Assembly (NCBI RefSeq): GCF_000150275.1
Contig: NW_002060945.1
Location: 5,443,397-5,507,396 of the forward strand
Source: Trichoplax adhaerens
Taxonomy: Eukaryota > Animalia > Placozoa
DNA: 64,000 nucleotides
Direction: 5' to 3'
This document shows positions 49,716 to 64,000 of the stretch, piece by piece. Below the pieces are notes generated by a model, which worked only from the letters and a program-made list of their open reading frames with translations, was not told the DNA's origin and did not search any database. Every line of letters begins with the position of its first letter. Position 1 is the stretch's first letter. Made by a program: the position numbers and the translations under genes.

Positions 49716-52700
49716 TTAAGCTTTATGATTTCTTTTACCAGAGTTAATTCGAACGTAAGGTAATCCCAGCTGGTTATCCACCGGCCAGTAAACTAATTTG
49801 GGCGATAGTTCCGGAGTTTCATTTGCCGCGAAAATATATGCACAGATTACACAACCGATATAAGACGATACCGCGATTAGAAGGTGCCAAGCACAATGTA
49901 AGTAAGGAAATTTCAGTGCCAGCCATAGATCACAAAAGCAACGGTCAGATATCCAGCATATTACCGCCAAGCACCACCATAAAACACCAGAACAACATAA
50001 CTGCTTCACACGTTGACACTTACACCTGCGATTAATGTGGGTAAAGAGATGAAATTGATGTAAATTAAGTATCTGGCAAAATTGAAATTATAAGTCAAGT
50101 ACTGTTATTACTAAGTTATAGGTGTATGATGGCATAGGAACAATATGAACAGTTTCCGTTATAGCTGCGACTAGATAAAATAACTACAGTGTACTAATTG
50201 TAACTTCACGATACAGGGTAAAAATTAGAATGTGAAAGCAAGCTAGTTCTTGCAGTGTAATTCTTTGATTAATGTGCTTTGAATAATACATGAAGCATTA
50301 TCACGAGGAAGTAGATGACTGTAGAGAACAGTAAACTTTAATTCTTACAAGCAGCTCAAAGTAAAGATTTGCAGAGATATACATTATATTAATTAATTTT
50401 GTACCTTCGAACTTCTCTGGCAGCAATAACAACGAAAGGTAATCCAAAGCTTAGAAGTACAAAAGCATTAATTTCAGGTTTGATGCAAGACAATATCGTG
50501 GTAATCCCAGCCACAGTGAAGACAACCCTCTGGAATATAACTCTAAAAATTGTCATGTATCAGTGCTAAATATGTGGTAAAATTAAACTATTAAGCAAAA
50601 GGCAATAAATAAATAGAAACTAACTATGCAGTGCCTACTAGTGTGTATTGCACTAAATATGCATATACTGCATTTCCTTATTATGCTAACAAATCTGCAA
50701 TAGTTTCAAATACTAGCTTAACTATAATACAGTATTTGACAATCGCACAATTTTGGAAGGAATGTGTACACGTTTCTAATCTACATCAAGTATTGAGATA
50801 TACAATACAGTGGATTTTTATACGAATACCGTAGCTGTTAAATTGATGACCTATTCTACATTTTCCAATGGGAAACAATTTTAACAATTCAAAAACTTGA
50901 TAGATTTAGTATACAGAAATCCACTCCAAAGTATAATTATTTTGCGCGCATTAACATACAGTACAGTATGTGCATGGTTAAGGTTTCATTAGATTAGTAT
51001 TTATTTGAATGAACGGACACCGATAAGAAGAAAACGGTAGTGGATAAGGAGTATAGTAAACGGAATTTCAGTATGCAGTGTATCAATTTCTTTTGAAAGA
51101 CAGTAATAATAAGGTATCAGTTATGAAAAAGTACGAGTAGTACAATAACTTACCTGCTCCCATTAATGACAGGCATTTGTTTCAATATCCGTTGTGGTAA
51201 CCAATAGCCAAAGGCGCTAGCCATTAACCACAGTATAGATAATTCATCAACTAATTGCCCAAGCAAACTTAGAGTGGCATGAAAATAGACCGAACTTAGC
51301 CCAACGAACATCATTAATACCAGTACAACGTTCATATTACCATTAATGCATTTCGTATAAGGTCGAAATAAACACCTAGAATACATATTTTATTTTTAAT
51401 GTTGCTAAACAATGGACCAAATAGTAATAAAATAAAAACAGTTCTATTATTATCATACTGTATAATAAAGCAAAATGAATACAATCTATAATAATATTGT
51501 ATATAACTAATTCATGGTATTAATTGTCAGTTTACATTCGTTTCGAGATCTATTAGCATAAATAAATTTCATTAAAGCCAAATAATGGCTAACTTTGTTG
51601 ATATCAGTTTTCTGTTAAGAACTACTGGTTACAAGTTGTTCTTTTATAACCAACGTCGTCTCGTTGCTGATTATTTGTTATGGTCTACAGTAAATGGGTA
51701 TAAGGAGATGTGCTTCCTTTAGATGATATTAGCTACTAGCATGTTTTGAAAATTGTATTATAGCGAGAAGACTAAAAAAAATTTCACCGTTTTTATCATC
51801 CTTCGACACAATTTCATTTCTATGAATTTTTTATATTATTGTATGATATGGTTGTATTATACTATGTACTAATTTGATCAAATCGCATAAGGGTATGCCT
51901 ACAAGTGGAGACTTAGTATCATGGTAAAAGAAAATATTCGTCAAGGATTACTGAATGTTGGCATAACATAATGTCAGCACTCATTCACGACAGACATGTA
52001 AAGCAGACCTGAGAAAGGTTCGGTTCAATACTTTTATGATTTATGATCTCTATTGCAAAGCTTATACCTGTCCGTACTGTATTGACAAACGCGAGTTACG
52101 TCGTTTAGCATTATTTTTCCATGATATTTATCAAATCGGCTATTTAATTGCTTGTTTGCCCCTCGATGCTGTCGGGGACTGTCAGTATAGTAATAAGAAT
52201 ATAACTTGTATTTTCACGACATATGTAAATATGAATTAATTATATATTGAATGCAGGAGTGAGAAGTTTACTAAGAACAATAGCAAGTCTGCTTATAAAC
52301 TTTTTTAGTAACAAGTAGTGGAATGTATGCGTACTGTATATCGTTATTATTCTTATTCAGTGGCGCGATGTTGTAAAAGACGGTAAATAAAAGCAAGTCT
52401 TTAAAATATTCAATATTATGCTACAAATGAAATAAGTATGCAATATTGGATCATATAGAGGATGAAAAGTCGGTAAACGAACGAGTAAATTAAGACGACA
52501 CTTTGACAAGCGTAACTTTGTCCGACGTCTACAGAAAACTTCAGTGAAAACGATATTAAATTTGACACTTACATTAAAATTGGCGGTACAACAAAGAAAA
52601 GAATATTGCTGGCCTATAATTAATAGAAATTTTGTCTAGGAGTTAGAAAGACATGCTATGCATGACGGCAAGCATTTTCCTTTTAGTTTCAAAATGTTAC

Positions 52701-53821
52701 ATTACTATGCATAATAGGAATAAAGTAAGTCAATACAATTGATATCTCGTTACTCGGAAAGTATACTGCAGTACATCAACATGTTCAATCAACTGTAAAC
52801 GATCACTATATTAACAAATATGGTCCTAGCAAATAGAAATATGTCTCTTAATTAATGATTAGTTATTGTTGAGCTCTATTAATAGCATAAGAATAGTATC
52901 ATGTTATTGCGCGGTAAGTGTTTACTGAATATTTTCCAAGGATTAAAACTATTTACTAAAGTTAACAGCGAAAGAAAAATGAATCTAAAACGATGCACCG
53001 TTGGAGATTGCAGTTAGCATAGGATCTACTGCACGATTCAGGCTAAATACGTCCATAGTTTGAACTATAGGTGTATAGTGCATTTTATTCGTGTCCACTT
53101 TTGGAGACTACTTTACCCTTGTGTCTACTAAAGCTACAACGATATGTTTCAAATGAAAGAAATATAATACTGACGAGCTAATTTTATATGACCAAGTACT
53201 GTACAGTAGTTCAACATTGCGTCATACTGTACTGTGCAGTACTTGGTTGTTTATGTATGACTTCCAGTATACAGAAATTAATTTCCAGTAGGTGAAAAAA
53301 TAAAGAGTATCATCATAGCGACGATTTTTGAACTAAGGAACTTGAAAATACGATCTCATTTGACACTTTAATGCACATACTTTAGATGGAGGAGAATGCA
53401 ATATTTGAGTTACTGATGGAAGTATTTTGTGAGCTGATAATATCACTACAACTGGTCGATTGGTGTTTTTCAATGAACTTCGTTCTATCAATTCATTGGT
53501 CGAGTCAACTATTTATGTACTGGTATGTCATTTTGAAGGTTTTTTCAAGACTAGGTGGTATCTCCTACGTGAAGGTTGATAGACATATGAATTAGTAAGA
53601 TGGTTGATAAGCAATGACTATGGACAACGACGGTCGTAATTAGTCCGAATCCCATTTTCCAAGTAGTGATTAATTGATTGAAAGCAAATTGTCCATGTAA
53701 AATGTAGAGTATTGTACAGTATAGTACTTACGCAGTTATAAAATTCAGCAATATAAGATGATTGGACATAGTTGGTTTCGCACCAATCTACGCGAGAGCT
53801 ACCACGAGCAAAGTGCCGCAT
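49716..53821 (-). CDS. ACER2: Alkaline ceramidase (ACER1/2 family, CREST superfamily), 5 exons
   Basis: MRHFARGSSRVDWCETNY...IAEFYNC|ASNILFFVVPPILM|CLFRPY...SVYFHATLSLLGQLVDELSILW...|...|CWISDRCFCD...FPYLHCAWH; Zn-binding His residues intact. Confidence 0.95.
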
Positions 53822-54332
53822 TATCCCAGTAATAACCACGATGAATCAATGCTTTAAATTGAGTTATAGCCAAGCTAATACGTTAAAATCAACCTTGAGA
53901 GAGAGAGAGAAAAAAGTTGTTATTAGTGCCATTTTGGGGGGTGGGATTAAATCAAATCAAAGCTTTCACTATCGTCCTGCAACGGATTACATCGAACTGC
54001 ATTTTTTGGATAACTGCTGTATTCTCTGCAGTAGAAATCAACTTGTGATGGCTAAACTAGTTATCAATGTTGGTTATTTCACAGAGTACCTAGACTTGTT
54101 ATGGCTGCTATTGATGGAAAGTTTCTTTTTTTCCCTCAATACTATGCAAACAAAGTGGAATTGAAAAATAATTTTGGTCCTTTTTGTGAATTTATTGATT
54201 GATCACTGGCTGGCTGCCGAGCATCCATACAGAACATGAGAGAGAGTTAAATCAGACCAGTGCGACGTGGATTTTGTATAGACTGATTGACTGGTATAGG
54301 ACTTTGTACTAACTTTGTAAGGTCTTTTTTGA

Positions 54333-54536
54333 GTACAGTACTGTAGTCTACAGTATGACTGTACACTGTACACTGTACTGCACAATGGTCTCAAAGCTAC
54401 AGTGGTCAATATCGAATTCGATATGGACAGTACAGTAGATTACTAAAATTGCTACTAAAACGACTACTAAAATTGCTACTAAAACTATTACTAAAATTGG
54501 TATTTTAGTACCAATTTTAAAATACCAATTTTAGTA
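54333..54536. repeat. ACAGT cluster followed by 12-bp tandem repeats (tactaaaattgc) ending in a perfect 19-bp inverted repeat
   Basis: tactaaaattggtatttta (54489-54507) / taaaataccaattttagta (54518-54536). Confidence 0.88.
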
Positions 54537-54998
54537 GGCTATAATACAGTACAGCACTGCACAATGCACATTGTCATCAATCCGAAAATCAATCAATCGA
54601 TCATTTAATAATAGTACTATACAATATTTACAGGATTGAGAAGAGTCATGGACTACTAGAAATTACTACTGGTCATTGGTAGTACTGTAAATCCATGATA
54701 CTGAACAATACAGTACACGTCTTGTATGGGATTTTAAAGGTTAAAATGGCCAAATCATTACATTCTACTTTACTGTTCAGTACGAATATACTGTCATATC
54801 TCGACCTAAGACAAGACGTTTTCGAAAGTAGCGCTTTTTGTGTAAATCCTTTCCCCCCCCCCAAAGCACTAGTAATACTGTATATCAATCTATATACAGT
54901 AATCAGTCCAAATCAGACTCGAATTCGATCGTCTTTTCCGACTCGGTAAATAAATTGAACTATTTATTTATAGCATCAATACGCGTAAAAATAGCACG

Positions 54999-55097
54999 AT
55001 GGTAGAAAATGGGGCAACATGGAGTATGATATTTGGATGCATATAGTATACAGTTACTACAGTATATCGTATTCCATGTTGCCGAACTTTGTACCAT
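54999..55097 (+). other. ~100-nt hairpin / inverted repeat in the ACER-UPF1 intergenic region
   Basis: ggcaacatggagtatgatat (55013-55032) pairs with atatcgtattccatgttgcc (55064-55083) using two G-U pairs; outer stem atggta/taccat. Confidence 0.8.
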
Positions 55098-55597
55098 AGT
55101 AAATGAACAAATCTCCTCCTTTCTGCTGTACTTGTAGATTACTTGAAAAGTACTAGTAATCGATCATTCATAACAGTCGAATGGACAATCAAGAGCATGT
55201 GCTTGCTTATGTGGTTTATTCATCTTGTCACCGGTTGATCGAATCATGATCGCCTTTGATACTATCTACTGAGTATGTACGTTGGTGGTCACTGGTCAGG
55301 ATTACATCATTCCAGTATACCATAGTGTATTATGAATTCAATGTGCACCCACAGTACATAGTACTGTTCGAAGGCCAGTACTTTCTACTGTGGATTACAG
55401 TACATAGTACTGTGTGACCCTTTTCCAATCTGGTGAATCAGCACATATTACATGCGGGCATTTTTTGAATGAAATCCGGCCAATTTTTTGTATATGTGGA
55501 AACAGTAAGCTCTCATTGATGTATACATTATGTGACATTGGTTAATACTAAAGTATTTAACTTCATATTCAAGAATTGGAAAGGAAAAAGATCATGC

Positions 55598-55703
55598 TGT
55601 ACTGTGCACATGAAAAGAAAACGAAACGCTATGCGTACAGTACACTGTACAGTGTACAGTGTACAGTAGTACCGTATACTGTACTGTACAGTACGTACTG
55701 TAC
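55598..55703. repeat. ACAGT/ACTGT array ~150-250 bp upstream of the UPF1 ATG
   Basis: gtacagtacactgtacagtgtacagtgtacagtagtaccgtatactgtactgtacagtacgtactgtac. Confidence 0.85.
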
Positions 55704-55851
55704 CATGGTCACCACGCGTGTTACAACACCAACACACCGCACTGATAAAAACCATCGTCACACCCGTTGACCGTGTCAGTCATTGTACGATCGTGGCGAT
55801 TCTTGGACATCATCGTTACGTCAATCGCGGTAAATAGTTGAACAGCCCAAA

Positions 55852-64000
<8,149 letters not shown>

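Noticed and set aside
53772-55770. Short ORFs in the ACER-UPF1 intergenic region (e.g. 53772-54164, 54695-54949, 55528-55761)
   Set aside because: No recognisable homology; largely translated ACAGT repeats or antisense to ACER exon 1

Overview
AT-rich, intron-dense eukaryotic (animal) genomic DNA. Short introns, compact intergenic regions and abundant ACAGT/GTACA pentamer arrays point to a placozoan (Trichoplax-like); this is inferred, not proven. Ten protein-coding genes were assembled by hand from splice sites: FBPase (5' end missing), a large minus-strand KCBP/kinesin-C-like kinesin-14, TAF1C-like, LRRC61-like, two convergent GT31 beta-1,3-glycosyltransferase paralogs, a CIB2/3-like EF-hand protein, GLD-2/TENT2, alkaline ceramidase ACER2-like and UPF1 (3' end missing). 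Three gene pairs are divergent, each with ACAGT arrays in the shared upstream region. Main observations: three minor-spliceosome (U12)-type introns, two of them in the kinesin motor domain (one AT-AC, one apparently AT-AA) and one in UPF1; RFX X-boxes upstream of the kinesin and LRRC61; pre-miRNA-sized hairpins; a probable gene-conversion tract and an unusual second transmembrane segment in the GT31 pair; a micro-exon insertion in the UPF1 helicase; and a possible, heavily decayed TGF-beta-family relic. Most short ORFs in the supplied track are exon fragments or noise. Homology calls rest on remembered motifs, not database searches.
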